Shown: positions 8,713 to 19,068, counted from the stretch's first letter. The stretch: 64,000 nt of DNA from Candidatus Enterousia sp. (GCA_045646605.1 JAZRLA010000015.1:137054-201053), one strand, 5' to 3'. Program-made: numbers and translations. Notes: generated by a model not told the origin, from the letters alone.

Positions 8713-9513
8713 CTAAAACGCATAGGGTTCGGCGGCAAAATTATCCTGTGATTGCTGGACATTAAGGGCGCTATCCTCCGCATGCTTGCCACAGTCAATC
8801 AATTCCAATTCCCCCGAATACGCCGTCATCATTGGGTCGAACGAATTATCTGAACTTGCCCACCGCGTTGCGCCCGCATTCGGCACGCCATATTTATCAA
8901 CAACATTTTGCCACCAATACATAGTTTTTTTGTCGCGTTGATTTTCAAACTTTTCCGCATCGCCTTCCATTTCATCGGTGTCGTTATGATAGACGATTTT
9001 CCACACGACATTATCGGTTGCGTTGCTTGTAAAGAACACATCAATTGTTTCGCCCGTGACACCGCGCACCAGGTGCAATTCCGCCGCATACAATACGCCA
9101 CGATTCCGCGCAAGTGAATTTATACATTTTTCCAATGCCGCCGGCGCATAAATTTTCATCCGTCGACATTCGTAATCAAGGTTATATTTCCAATCGGGGT
9201 GCATCGAATACACAACACTATTTTTTGGTCGTTCGGCATAAAGGCCATCGGCGGCCACAATAAATTTAACCGCATCAAAATCCATCCCCAGCATGATACC
9301 CGCAATATCAAAATCCGCAACCGGCGATACCGCCGCACCGGCGTTTAGTGACACGGTATCCAAACTGCACTCAATATCACCCGTGTCCGGCGTTTCGATA
9401 TAGTAATCATCAAAATTGATATTATCGTCTGCCAAAACATCATCAAACTCGTCCGCGCGCGCGCCGACCGATAACAAACAAACAAAAATTCCAACAATAA
9501 TTTTTTTCATCAC
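8713..9513 (-). CDS. secreted protein, possibly outer-membrane associated
   Basis: Signal peptide 'MMKKIIVGIFVCLLSVGARA'. C-terminal residue is aromatic ('...EPYAF'). Confidence 0.4.
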   Translation of the reverse strand: MMKKIIVGIFVCLLSVGARADEFDDVLADDNINFDDYYIETPDTGDIECSLDTVSLNAGAAVSPVADFDIAGIMLGMDFDAVKFIVAADGLYAERPKNSVVYSMHPDWKYNLDYECRRMKIYAPAALEKCINSLARNRGVLYAAELHLVRGVTGETIDVFFTSNATDNVVWKIVYHNDTDEMEGDAEKFENQRDKKTMYWWQNVVDKYGVPNAGATRWASSDNSFDPMMTAYSGELELIDCGKHAEDSALNVQQSQDNFAAEPYAF

Positions 9514-10169
9514 TATTTTTCTTCCACCAAGATCCGTTGTACATTGAACACAAATACCAACGCCGGATCAACACCGCGTTTCAATGCACCATGAATATCC
9601 CCATCTTTGACATCGCCGATTGCCCCAACCCAATTGTCACCACCCAAGTCAAGGTACATCGTTCCGCGCGTTATCTTTGGGCTTTCCGTCATGTCATTTG
9701 GTTTATACCATGTTTTCAGTTCATAATCAACCCGCCAATAATTACTTGCCGCCGGGCGATAGATTCCATTAAACACGGTCACCGTCCGTCGCGCCCCGGC
9801 TGTAACCAAACTTTCAATTTCCGGCAATTCGTTTTGCCGCCAATATTCCAACGCCGCCGCGCCCGACATTATGCGCAGTGCCGAATTTCGCGCGGTGCGC
9901 CGTTCAATATCCGCATCATCCGGCACAACATAAAAATATTCCGTCACATATTTTTGAATCAACCAATCGCGCAATTTGCGTTTTCCAACCTCCGCCCAAG
10001 AATGCGGCATTCCGGGCAAATCATTTGATTGAATACTGGTGCGCAAGAATCGCGGTTCCACGGCAAACTTTTCGGAAGTGTCATAGATGGACGCAGCAAC
10101 ATAAATCGCACCAAAGACCATAATCATGGTCGCAAGCCCGAATAAAAATCCGATCAGTTTCTTCATCAC
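9513..10169 (-). CDS. bitopic inner-membrane protein with periplasmic NTF2-like domain (VirB8-like or Tim44-like candidate)
   Basis: N-terminal TM helix. C-terminal domain is paralogous to the next ORF. Four-base overlap suggests an operon. Confidence 0.4.
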   Translation of the reverse strand: MMKKLIGFLFGLATMIMVFGAIYVAASIYDTSEKFAVEPRFLRTSIQSNDLPGMPHSWAEVGKRKLRDWLIQKYVTEYFYVVPDDADIERRTARNSALRIMSGAAALEYWRQNELPEIESLVTAGARRTVTVFNGIYRPAASNYWRVDYELKTWYKPNDMTESPKITRGTMYLDLGGDNWVGAIGDVKDGDIHGALKRGVDPALVFVFNVQRILVEEK

Positions 10170-10864
10170 TGTTCCCTGTACGCGTTAAATTCCGCCACGT
10201 AAAACCCAAGTGTTTGCGGGTACCTTTCCGCATTACGTGCGATTTTCACATACGCAATCACATCAAAATCGCCGTTCAGGTTTGACCGCACCGATGTCCG
10301 AACAATCCAGGTGCCACCATCTTTGGTTATTTCGCCATTGGGCATAACGCTAATCTTTTTTGTGTCGACATTCCAACGTTGGCCCACACCCTCATACGAA
10401 CGATACATCGGCAAAACTTTTTCGGCAAAGTAACGGAACATATTGTCACCCGCCATACAATACAAATCACAACCAACATCCGATTCAAAGGTATTACTTA
10501 TCCGGTTGACACAATCAGCGTTACGATCACACTGTGCCCAATTCTTGGAATTTAACGCCGGATCATCGGAAATAGTGAACCATTTTTTTGTAAAAACCCC
10601 TGCCAATGCCCGCTGTGCCGAATCATAATACGGCACAATGATATTTTTGCGAACCTGGCCCACCAATTGCCAATTCCCGCGCATTCCGTCAACATAAATC
10701 ACATACGGACTGACGGTGCGGCTGTTTTGCAACCACGGTATCGCGATGCAACATGCGATGGTCAAAAAGAACGCGACCATCACCCACACGCCAAAGGTGC
10801 GTGAAATCGCAATCCGTTTTCCTGCGGAAAATGCGGGCGTATCAAAATCTTCTGGGTAATCCAA
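10166..10864 (-). CDS. bitopic inner-membrane protein, paralog of the 9513-10169 ORF (VirB8-like candidate)
   Basis: Short cytoplasmic N-terminus, TM helix ('VWVMVAFFLTIACCIAIPWL'), periplasmic domain with a shared 'W.VD...P.G...G.W...VK' pattern. Confidence 0.4.
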   Translation of the reverse strand: MDYPEDFDTPAFSAGKRIAISRTFGVWVMVAFFLTIACCIAIPWLQNSRTVSPYVIYVDGMRGNWQLVGQVRKNIIVPYYDSAQRALAGVFTKKWFTISDDPALNSKNWAQCDRNADCVNRISNTFESDVGCDLYCMAGDNMFRYFAEKVLPMYRSYEGVGQRWNVDTKKISVMPNGEITKDGGTWIVRTSVRSNLNGDFDVIAYVKIARNAERYPQTLGFYVAEFNAYREQ

Positions 10865-10891
10865 AATTCCCCCCTACGCGGCGCCACGTCA

Positions 10892-11038
10892 CTATGCGCG
10901 ATATACCATGATGCATGCGCACGGACTAAGTTTCAATTCGTTTGTGTCATAACCGATTCCAACCGGTTCGCGGTCATAAATCTGGCCACAGCCGGCAAGT
11001 GTCAGTCCCAAAAACACGGCAACTAAAAACTTTTTCAT
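10892..11038 (-). CDS. small lipoprotein (VirB7-like candidate)
   Basis: 'MKKFLVAVFLGLTLAGC' lipobox. Mature peptide is about 30 aa. Confidence 0.4.
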   Translation of the reverse strand: MKKFLVAVFLGLTLAGCGQIYDREPVGIGYDTNELKLSPCACIMVYRA

Positions 11039-11184
11039 TATCTTTCCCCCTTTGCTTTTTTTGATTATAAAAAATTTTCTCTGCACCGGTCAAGTGTAAA
11101 TAAAGAGCAAATTTTTTAATGATTTTAAATTGAAATTTATTCGATTGATTGTATTATAATCGCAACAATATAAAAGGTTATACA

Positions 11185-11973
11185 ATGATAAAAACTATTA
11201 TTGCTGTGGGTGGTGGATCATATGGTCAAATCAAAATGTATCCTGATGGACGGCAAGTTCAAAAAAATAAAGATACAATAGAAATTGATAAGAAAATGGT
11301 AAAACTTGTCGGCAAAGAGCACCCAAAAATTGTGTTTATCGGTGCCGCACATGGCGATGATGAATCACGTTTTTTAGTAATCAAAAATTATTTTAATGGC
11401 GACTTTGGTTGCGATGTCGAAAATTTAAATTTGGTTGACGATTCAAAAAGACCAAGTGCCGATAAAATCAAAGAAATTATTTTGGGGGCCGATATCGTCT
11501 ATGTTGGTGGCGGAAATGTCACTTTCTTGATGAAGGTTTTGCAAAAGACCGGTGTCGATAAATTGTTGGTTCAGGCGTATAACAAGGGTACCATTATGGC
11601 CGGGAACAGTGCGGGTGGCTGTGTTTGGTTTGAATATTATGGTAACGATGAAGATGATGATTTTGATGGAACTTTTAATACATTTAAACCTAAAAAAGCA
11701 CTCGGGTTAGTTCGTGGATATTTTGAACCGCACTGGAACGAAAAGCCCGAAGAAGGAATTGATAAGGAATCTGTGTCTAAAAATGCTGTGCAACGGATGT
11801 TGGCGCACGAAGGAATATCGGGATATGGTGTTGACGAAGGTGCGGCGATTATGGTTCAAACTGATGGTGACAAGCAAACAATGACCGATATTGCATCAAA
11901 CAAAGGTGCCAAAGTATATAAACTGGTGCCCACAAAACAACAGCACATAAATCCCGGGAAGGGCAGGGAATAA
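11185..11973 (+). CDS. S51-family peptidase (peptidase E / cyanophycinase-like)
   Basis: 'IVYVGGGNV' and 'IMAGNSAGG' serine-nucleophile motif. Confidence 0.55.
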   Translation: MIKTIIAVGGGSYGQIKMYPDGRQVQKNKDTIEIDKKMVKLVGKEHPKIVFIGAAHGDDESRFLVIKNYFNGDFGCDVENLNLVDDSKRPSADKIKEIILGADIVYVGGGNVTFLMKVLQKTGVDKLLVQAYNKGTIMAGNSAGGCVWFEYYGNDEDDDFDGTFNTFKPKKALGLVRGYFEPHWNEKPEEGIDKESVSKNAVQRMLAHEGISGYGVDEGAAIMVQTDGDKQTMTDIASNKGAKVYKLVPTKQQHINPGKGRE

Positions 11974-11999
11974 AAATCTATCGTTCTCAAAACACTTGA

Positions 12000-12306
12000 A
12001 ATTTGGAAAAAATGTCCTACAATGAGAAATGAAAGCCGATAATCCACTAACAATGGGGAGGCGGAAGAAGAACGGCGGCAAAATACTTGCGCTTATTAGA
12101 ACTTCCCGGGATTGCCCGTCACAGCAAACGACTCTTTAATGGTATGGCGAATCCAGCGAGAGTTAAAAAGGCAACATTGGCGACAGTGTTGTAAAACAAG
12201 GTGGCACCGCGTTGGTGTTGTGTATTCTGAAATACGATATGCACGATATTTAACGTCCTTGTGTTCTTATTATAAACAGTAATAACGAAACATAAAGGAG
12301 GTTAAA
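12000..12306 (+). promoter_or_regulatory. putative T-box riboswitch leader of the AspRS gene
   Basis: AAGGTGGCACCGCG at 12198-12211 matches the T-box core AGGGUGGNACCGCG at 13 of 14 positions. Upstream 'AGCGAGAG' resembles the AGAGA box. Leader is about 300 nt. Confidence 0.35.
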
Positions 12307-13623
12307 ATGTCAATGATAAGAACGCATATCGCCGAAATTCCACAAAAGATTGGCGAAACAATAACTGTCAAAGGTCACGCGCAAACAATTCGCGAACAAT
12401 CAAGTGTTGCGTTTATTGTTCTGCGTGAAATAACTGGAACTGTTCAATGTGTTGTTGAACGGGGAACACCGGCCTTTGAAGTTGCAAAACAAATCACAAC
12501 GGAATCTGTCATTTCCGTGACGGGAACCGTTGTAAAAACGTCCAGTACGGAATCTGGATTCGAAATCCATGTTTCCGAATTGGAAATAATATCGCTAGCG
12601 GAGGCAACGCCGATACCGGTGACCCCAAAAGGCACTGCCGAAGTCACACCGGAAAAATCGCAAGATTGGCGTTTTCTATCGCTGCGCGCGCCGCGCAGTG
12701 CGACAATCATGCGCGCATTTTCTGCGATGACGGCGGGATACCACGAATATTTGGAAAAGCAAGGATTCATAGAAATCCAAACACCAAAGATTATGGCAAC
12801 ACCGTCTGAATCACGTGCCGAATTATTCAAACTTGAATACTTTGGGCAAACGGCATACCTTGCGCAATCGCCCCAGTTGTTCAAACAAATGGCAATTGCA
12901 AGTGGTCTGGAACGCGTGTTCGAAGTCGCACCGGCATTCCGTGCGGATCATTCTTTTACAACGCGTCATGCAACCGAATTCACATGTTACGATGTTGAAA
13001 TGGGTTACATTGAAAGTTTTGAAGAAGTGATGACGGAATTGGAACAAACGATACGCTATATGCTTACCTCAATAAAGAAAAAGTGTGGGCGGGAAATCGA
13101 AAAGTATTTCGGTATCACAGAGTTCCAGTTAAAAAAACCGATTCCACGCATAACCATGGCGCGTGCCAAGGAAATCTTGCGCGAAATGGGCGCGGCATCG
13201 GATCAGCCGGACCTTACCACGGCGGAAGAAAAGGCATTGGGCGAATATGTGCGGGAACATTTTGGTTCTGAATTCGTCTATGTCACCGAATGGCCATGGG
13301 CGGCGCGCCCGTTCTATCACAAGAAAGGCATTGGTGAACACGGTGAACCGATATCTGTTTCGGCCGACTTGCTGTACAAAGGCGTTGAAATCGTGACATG
13401 CGCCCAACGTGAAGAATCCTATGGCAAATTGTGTGAACAATTGCGCGAAAAGGGTTTACACCAAGAAGGCCTGCAATGGTACCTGGAATGCTTTCGCTAT
13501 GGCATGCCGCCACATGGTGGTTGGGGCTTTGGTGGTGCGCGGTTTATAAAACAGTTGTTGGAATTACCAACAATCCGCGAAGCGATGTTTTTATTCCGTG
13601 GTCCATCGCGCCTAATGCCGTAA
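12307..13623 (+). CDS. aspS: aspartate--tRNA ligase, archaeal/type-2 form (438 aa)
   Basis: C-terminus 'GMPPHGGWGFGGARFIKQLLELPTIREAMFLFRGPSRLMP' and 'FRADHSFTTRHATEF' are near-identical in pattern to archaeal-type AspRS. Confidence 0.8.
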   Translation: MSMIRTHIAEIPQKIGETITVKGHAQTIREQSSVAFIVLREITGTVQCVVERGTPAFEVAKQITTESVISVTGTVVKTSSTESGFEIHVSELEIISLAEATPIPVTPKGTAEVTPEKSQDWRFLSLRAPRSATIMRAFSAMTAGYHEYLEKQGFIEIQTPKIMATPSESRAELFKLEYFGQTAYLAQSPQLFKQMAIASGLERVFEVAPAFRADHSFTTRHATEFTCYDVEMGYIESFEEVMTELEQTIRYMLTSIKKKCGREIEKYFGITEFQLKKPIPRITMARAKEILREMGAASDQPDLTTAEEKALGEYVREHFGSEFVYVTEWPWAARPFYHKKGIGEHGEPISVSADLLYKGVEIVTCAQREESYGKLCEQLREKGLHQEGLQWYLECFRYGMPPHGGWGFGGARFIKQLLELPTIREAMFLFRGPSRLMP

Positions 13624-13661
13624 AACAAAAGCCCGCATATGCGGGCTTTTTTGATGCGTTA

Positions 13662-15920
13662 CTAAAACTGTGTTTCGAACGAAAGCAAGAATCGGCGTTC
13701 GCGGTCGTGTGGGCCGGTTTTCAGCGGCCAACCCCAACTGAAATTCATTGGCCCCATCGGTGTGTTCCAATATATACCAAACCCCGCGGACGTGCGTAGG
13801 CCCGTTTCAATATAATTCGGCTTCCCAAGGTAAGTATCTTCGCGGGCGGGCGGCTTGCCAAGTATACCATAGTCCATAAACACAAAACCCTTTATCTGAT
13901 ATTCGTCCGGAATAAATATCGGGAAATTGAGTTGCGTTGAACCGTTCGCCTTCCACATACCGCCAAGTGAATAGGACTGATACGCCCAATTACGGCTGCC
14001 CACGCCGGCGACATCAAACCCGCGCAGTGATTCGCCGCCCAAAAAGTACCGATACACACGCGGCACATAATCGCCACCAATCGTCTGAATATAACCAAAT
14101 TCCAGTGAAGAACGCAATTGCCACCGGTCGTCCCAAAAATTCACCATGCCAATCACATCGGCATTATACCGGAAAAATTCTTCCGTTCCGCCAAAGCCGG
14201 TATATGCCACGCCGATATTTCCAACAACACCGGTGTGGGTGTTCTGTTCAAAATTAGTATTCAAATTATGATACTTGAAATACGTCCCCAATGTATATAA
14301 TGTCGCATCGCGCCACCCACCTTCTTGCAAATCATAGTTTTGATCGAACGATGCAGATAAACGCAAAATTTGTGACCAATGGTCGGTCAGTTGCCACCCA
14401 AGCCGCCCCGCAATCGTAAGTGAATCGCGGTCATATCCAAAACCACCAAGTTTTTTATAGTTATACATTGTATACGACACATCAAACCCGGCGGACAACG
14501 CGCGCCCAAACAGGAACGGTTCGGTAAAACTAAACAAAGCTTGCTTTTGATACTGGGCGATTGACCCGCGCAACTGCACCGTTTGACCACGGCCCATAAA
14601 GTTATTTTCCGTAATCCCGGCATCAACCATAAATCCGTTTATATTCGACCAACCAAACCCGCCAGACAATTCACCCGTTGGTTGTTCTTCAACCTTGATA
14701 TCCAAATTCATCATGTTTGCATCGGGAATACGGCTCGGTACCATTTGCACATCTTTGAAATAGCGCGTCCGCATTAAACGTTGACGACCTTGTTCAATCG
14801 TTTGTAATGAAAACGGATCGCCCGCACGCATAGGAATCAGTTGATTAATCACGGAATCAAATGTTCGCACATTCCCAAGGATATTGATAGAATTCAAATA
14901 AATTCGATTTGTTTTCTGTATCTTGAACTTCAAATCAATCGTGCGCGTATCGTCATTTTTCTGCGGAATCGGGTCAACACTGATGAACGCATAGCCATAA
15001 TCAGCAACCGCGCCGCGAATGGCGGAAATTGTTGCCTCGACATCGTCAACATTATATGTGTCGCCGGTGGAAAGCTTCATAACATCAAACAATTCTTTGT
15101 CCGCAACATCCGAAAAAGGATTATCCAATTCAACCTTGCCAATCCTGTATTTTTCGCCTTCGTCCACATGGAAAACAACCGAATAAAATTGCCGATCGGG
15201 CGTAAATGTTCCCTTGGCACCCTTGACCTGAAAATCAACATAGCCGTTACGCAGGTAAAACTGGCGCAACATTTGTTGGTCATATTGAATGCGGTCTTCA
15301 TCATATACATCAAATTGCGACATAAAACGCCACCACGCATGTTCGCGCGAAAGAATTTCCCCGCGCAGCGTCCTATCACTGAACCGTTCGTTGCCTTCAA
15401 ATTCAATGGACTCAATGTATGTCGGGTGCCCTTCGGTAATTTCATAGACAACATTTACGCGGTTATCGTCCAACAGGATTTTTTTCGGTTCGATTTTTGT
15501 GCCAAAAAACCCCTTGCGCTGGTAAACCGTAAGCATACGCCCAACATCCGCGCCAATAACGGATTCATCAAACGCGGCGCGTTCCGCAAGTTTTATTTCT
15601 TTTTTCAAATCGTCGGTTGAAACATCATCGTTACCTTCGACCGTAACCATGTTTACAATTGGTGCCTCGGTCACGCGGATTTCCAACGTATCACCAACAG
15701 TTTTAACCGAAACCTTGGAAAAATATCCACTTCCCTGCAGCTTTTTTGCAATTTGGTTTGCGCGTTCCGTACCAACATTTTCGCCATATTTTACCTCTGC
15801 CAGAATACGGACCGATTCCGCGTCCATACGTTTATTACCAATAACATCAATGCGTGAAATACCCGCGTGCGCCGCACCTACCATAAACATAGTCAAACAA
15901 AAAGCGATCTTTTTCATCAT
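13662..15920 (-). CDS. bamA: outer membrane protein assembly factor BamA
   Basis: Signal peptide, POTRA repeats and a C-terminal Omp85 barrel ending in F. Confidence 0.85.
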   Translation of the reverse strand: MMKKIAFCLTMFMVGAAHAGISRIDVIGNKRMDAESVRILAEVKYGENVGTERANQIAKKLQGSGYFSKVSVKTVGDTLEIRVTEAPIVNMVTVEGNDDVSTDDLKKEIKLAERAAFDESVIGADVGRMLTVYQRKGFFGTKIEPKKILLDDNRVNVVYEITEGHPTYIESIEFEGNERFSDRTLRGEILSREHAWWRFMSQFDVYDEDRIQYDQQMLRQFYLRNGYVDFQVKGAKGTFTPDRQFYSVVFHVDEGEKYRIGKVELDNPFSDVADKELFDVMKLSTGDTYNVDDVEATISAIRGAVADYGYAFISVDPIPQKNDDTRTIDLKFKIQKTNRIYLNSINILGNVRTFDSVINQLIPMRAGDPFSLQTIEQGRQRLMRTRYFKDVQMVPSRIPDANMMNLDIKVEEQPTGELSGGFGWSNINGFMVDAGITENNFMGRGQTVQLRGSIAQYQKQALFSFTEPFLFGRALSAGFDVSYTMYNYKKLGGFGYDRDSLTIAGRLGWQLTDHWSQILRLSASFDQNYDLQEGGWRDATLYTLGTYFKYHNLNTNFEQNTHTGVVGNIGVAYTGFGGTEEFFRYNADVIGMVNFWDDRWQLRSSLEFGYIQTIGGDYVPRVYRYFLGGESLRGFDVAGVGSRNWAYQSYSLGGMWKANGSTQLNFPIFIPDEYQIKGFVFMDYGILGKPPAREDTYLGKPNYIETGLRTSAGFGIYWNTPMGPMNFSWGWPLKTGPHDRERRFLLSFETQF

Positions 15921-16972
15921 AGCCCAAACACCCGCGCGATATCATTCCACATGGTCAGCATGAACACGAACCCAAGGAAAACCCAGCCACACACAATTAC
16001 GATTTCCATACCCTTGCCACCAAGTTTTCTGCGTGTTGCCGCTTCTATAAGCAAAATAAGCAAATATCCCCCATCCAACACCGGCAACGGAAGTAAGTTT
16101 ATCACACCCAAATTTACCGACAACAACGCGATAATAGATAGCAACGCAAAGAACCCTGCCGCCAACGCCTGGCCTGAAACTTGGGCTATCGTAATGAACG
16201 ACCCAAGTTGCTTTGAAGACCTATCACCGGTTATAATCTGTTTTAACACAACGACCAACGTCCGCGATTGATAATAAGTTTCACGCGCACCGGCATATAA
16301 CGCACCAAAGAACCCCTTTTTACGTAACTCTGTCTTACTGCCATCCGCAACAAGGCCCCATCGCGACGCGGGCGAAAGTTTAACATTAATGGTTTCGCCA
16401 TCGCGCGCAATCACAACATCCGCATCATGTGTGCCCGCCAATTCTTTGGCAATAACCAATTCACCCCAGTTTGTAATATCCGCATCATCAATTTTGCGAA
16501 TAACATCGCCCGGTTTAACGCCGGCATTAAATGCGACGGTTCCTTGAATAACCTGGCCCACGACGGGCAATTGCACATCGCGCGGTTTGAACATAAATAT
16601 CGCAGAATAAATCGCCCATGCCAAAACAAAGTTCATAAACACACCCGCACCGATTATAATAAATTGCTTCCACGCCGGTGCAGAAAGATAATGGCCAACC
16701 TTTTTTACCTTTGGCAATTCATTATATTTTTTGCGATTGAACATATCTTCTTGGCCATAAATGGAAACATATCCACCCAGTGGCAAGCACGCAATTTTCC
16801 ACACAGTTCCCTTTTTATCGTGCCATTTTATAATCGCGGGACCAAACCCAATGGAAAAAGCATCAACACGCACGCCAGCCCAGCGCGCGGCCAAAAAATG
16901 CCCCAGTTCGTGAATAAACACCACAACCCCAAGGACAATTAATAACGCAACAATTGTTGTTATCGTATGCAT
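15917..16972 (-). CDS. rseP: RIP zinc metalloprotease RseP
   Basis: 'HELGHFLAA' HExxH motif, PDZ domain, multiple TM helices. Confidence 0.85.
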   Translation of the reverse strand: MHTITTIVALLIVLGVVVFIHELGHFLAARWAGVRVDAFSIGFGPAIIKWHDKKGTVWKIACLPLGGYVSIYGQEDMFNRKKYNELPKVKKVGHYLSAPAWKQFIIIGAGVFMNFVLAWAIYSAIFMFKPRDVQLPVVGQVIQGTVAFNAGVKPGDVIRKIDDADITNWGELVIAKELAGTHDADVVIARDGETINVKLSPASRWGLVADGSKTELRKKGFFGALYAGARETYYQSRTLVVVLKQIITGDRSSKQLGSFITIAQVSGQALAAGFFALLSIIALLSVNLGVINLLPLPVLDGGYLLILLIEAATRRKLGGKGMEIVIVCGWVFLGFVFMLTMWNDIARVFGL

Positions 16973-16987
16973 CTTCCTTTTCCCCCT

Positions 16988-17638
16988 TTATGCAAGTATC
17001 AACCAAATCAGTGGCAACACATAAATCCAACCGTCCATGCGGTCAATGATTCCGCCGTGCGCACCAAGCACATGACTAAAATCTTTGATTTTAAGTTTGC
17101 GTTTTACAAAACTTGCGGTTAAATCGCCATATTGCGATAGCAATGAAACACTTATTCCAATCCATAACAATTGTGGTGCAAACGCGCCAAGCGTCAAATA
17201 TCCATACAAAACGGCGACCGTTGTTCCACCAATTACACCAAAAATCTGACCGGCCCAAGTTTTATGCTCGGAAATGCGCTCCCAAAGTTTGTCGCCACCG
17301 ATTATCCTGCCAAAAAGCCACGCGCAAATATCCGCCGCGCATATCACGCACAACACGAACAGCAATAACATCGGCCGATGCCCAAGTGTCAAAAGCGAAA
17401 CGAAATCAACCCCTAAAATACCAAGGAAAATTCCGAACAAAACAAAATTTTTTACATTAAACATAACCGCGCGTGGTGCATGCCAAAGGCAATATGCAAA
17501 TTCGCCAATCATTGCAAGCCCAACAACGATACAAAGCCAATAAACACCGTGAATTCCCAAAAATTCCAACCACGCGGCAACACCGATGACGAACGCCAAT
17601 CCGGCCGCAACCAAAATTCTGTTCATTGTATCTGACAT
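16988..17638 (-). CDS. cdsA: phosphatidate cytidylyltransferase
   Basis: Polytopic protein with the CdsA C-terminal signature 'SFVKRKLKIKDFSHVLGAHGGIIDRMD'. Confidence 0.8.
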   Translation of the reverse strand: MSDTMNRILVAAGLAFVIGVAAWLEFLGIHGVYWLCIVVGLAMIGEFAYCLWHAPRAVMFNVKNFVLFGIFLGILGVDFVSLLTLGHRPMLLLFVLCVICAADICAWLFGRIIGGDKLWERISEHKTWAGQIFGVIGGTTVAVLYGYLTLGAFAPQLLWIGISVSLLSQYGDLTASFVKRKLKIKDFSHVLGAHGGIIDRMDGWIYVLPLIWLILA

Positions 17639-17649
17639 ATTTTTTACCT

Positions 17650-18402
17650 TTATTTCTTTCCGGAATAATTTGCTTTTTTCCCACCACCAAACCGGCGATT
17701 ACGTTTCGCATATTCATCCAGCACAAATTGCCAAAGTTTTTCGGACTTTACCAAATCCGGCCAATGTTCCGGCACAAACAGCAATTCCGCATACGCCAAT
17801 TTCCACAACAAGAAATTTGAAATTCTAAATTCATTACTTGTCCGCACCATTAAATCAATAGGTAACAAATCCCCCGTATCAAGGAAAGTTTCAAATGTTT
17901 CGCGTGTGACGGATGCGCCGGCGGCAACCGCGGCGTTCACGGCATTCACAATTTCATCTTGGCCACCATAGTTCAACGCAAATACAACCGTGCCACCCGT
18001 GTTTTCTGCGGACTGCGCTTCCAATTCATCACAAAGCTGTGCCAACTTTTTTGGTAACCTTTCGCGCGTTCCGATAACACGATAGCGCAGATTTTTTTCA
18101 ATCGCATGTTTTAAATTCTTTTCCAATTCAGAATAAAATAAATCCATAAGGAAATCGACTTCTTCTTCGGATCGATTCCAATTTTCCGTTGAAAATATAA
18201 AGAACGTAACCGTCGTTACACCACGCGCGATAAACCAATCGACCAAGTTTTCAAAATTCGAAATCCCTGCACGATGCCCCATCAGCGGCGGCAAACCACG
18301 TGCCTCGGCCCAGCGGCGATTCCCGTCACAAATAAAAGCAACATGCTTTGGAACCTTCGCCGGTTGTACGTTTTTTTCTCTCTTTTTAAGTATTTTGAAC
18401 AT
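17650..18402 (-). CDS. uppS: undecaprenyl-diphosphate synthase
   Basis: 'HVAFICDGNRRWA' cis-prenyltransferase motif. Confidence 0.85.
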   Translation of the reverse strand: MFKILKKREKNVQPAKVPKHVAFICDGNRRWAEARGLPPLMGHRAGISNFENLVDWFIARGVTTVTFFIFSTENWNRSEEEVDFLMDLFYSELEKNLKHAIEKNLRYRVIGTRERLPKKLAQLCDELEAQSAENTGGTVVFALNYGGQDEIVNAVNAAVAAGASVTRETFETFLDTGDLLPIDLMVRTSNEFRISNFLLWKLAYAELLFVPEHWPDLVKSEKLWQFVLDEYAKRNRRFGGGKKANYSGKK

Positions 18403-18422
18403 TTTTTTCGCTTTTGATTTTG

Positions 18423-18983
18423 TTACACCGACATAATATCCGCTTCTTTTTGCTTGGCAATTGCATCGACTTCGGCCGTGCGGGCATCAAACACCTTTTG
18501 CAGGTCGGATTCATACTGACGCTGGTCATCTTCGGAAATTTCTTTGTCGGTGACGGCGCGTTTAATTTTGCCCATCGCATCTTGGCGAATATTACGCATA
18601 GAAATTTTTGCCTCTTCGGCATATTTTCCCGCCACTTTGGTCAGTTCCCGCCGGCGTTCTTCGGTAAGCGGTGGCATGTTAATGCGAATAACCGCACCCG
18701 CACTCATCGGGTTCAGGCCCAAACCGGAATCACGAATCGCCTTTTCCACTGGGCCAACATTTGTAATATCCCAAACGGTAACCGAAAGTGTTTGATTATC
18801 GGGCGTTGACACAGTTGCCAATTGATTCAACGGCATATCGGAACCATAGGTCTGGACCCGCACGCCGTCAAGCAAATGCACCGATGCGCGCCCCGTACGC
18901 AAACCCGCATATTCACCCCGCAAAACATCCAACGTTTGCGCGGTTTTTTGTTCAACTTCTGATTTCAAAGATTGATAGTCCAT
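18423..18983 (-). CDS. frr: ribosome recycling factor
   Basis: Typical 186-aa RRF sequence. Start taken at the internal 'MDYQSL'. Confidence 0.8.
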   Translation of the reverse strand: MDYQSLKSEVEQKTAQTLDVLRGEYAGLRTGRASVHLLDGVRVQTYGSDMPLNQLATVSTPDNQTLSVTVWDITNVGPVEKAIRDSGLGLNPMSAGAVIRINMPPLTEERRRELTKVAGKYAEEAKISMRNIRQDAMGKIKRAVTDKEISEDDQRQYESDLQKVFDARTAEVDAIAKQKEADIMSV

Positions 18984-19068
18984 GTATACATCTCCTTGCT
19001 TATCGCACACAGGTTAGCAAATCCATTTGACATTTGGCAAGAAGAAATATAGAATACGCGATTGATAT

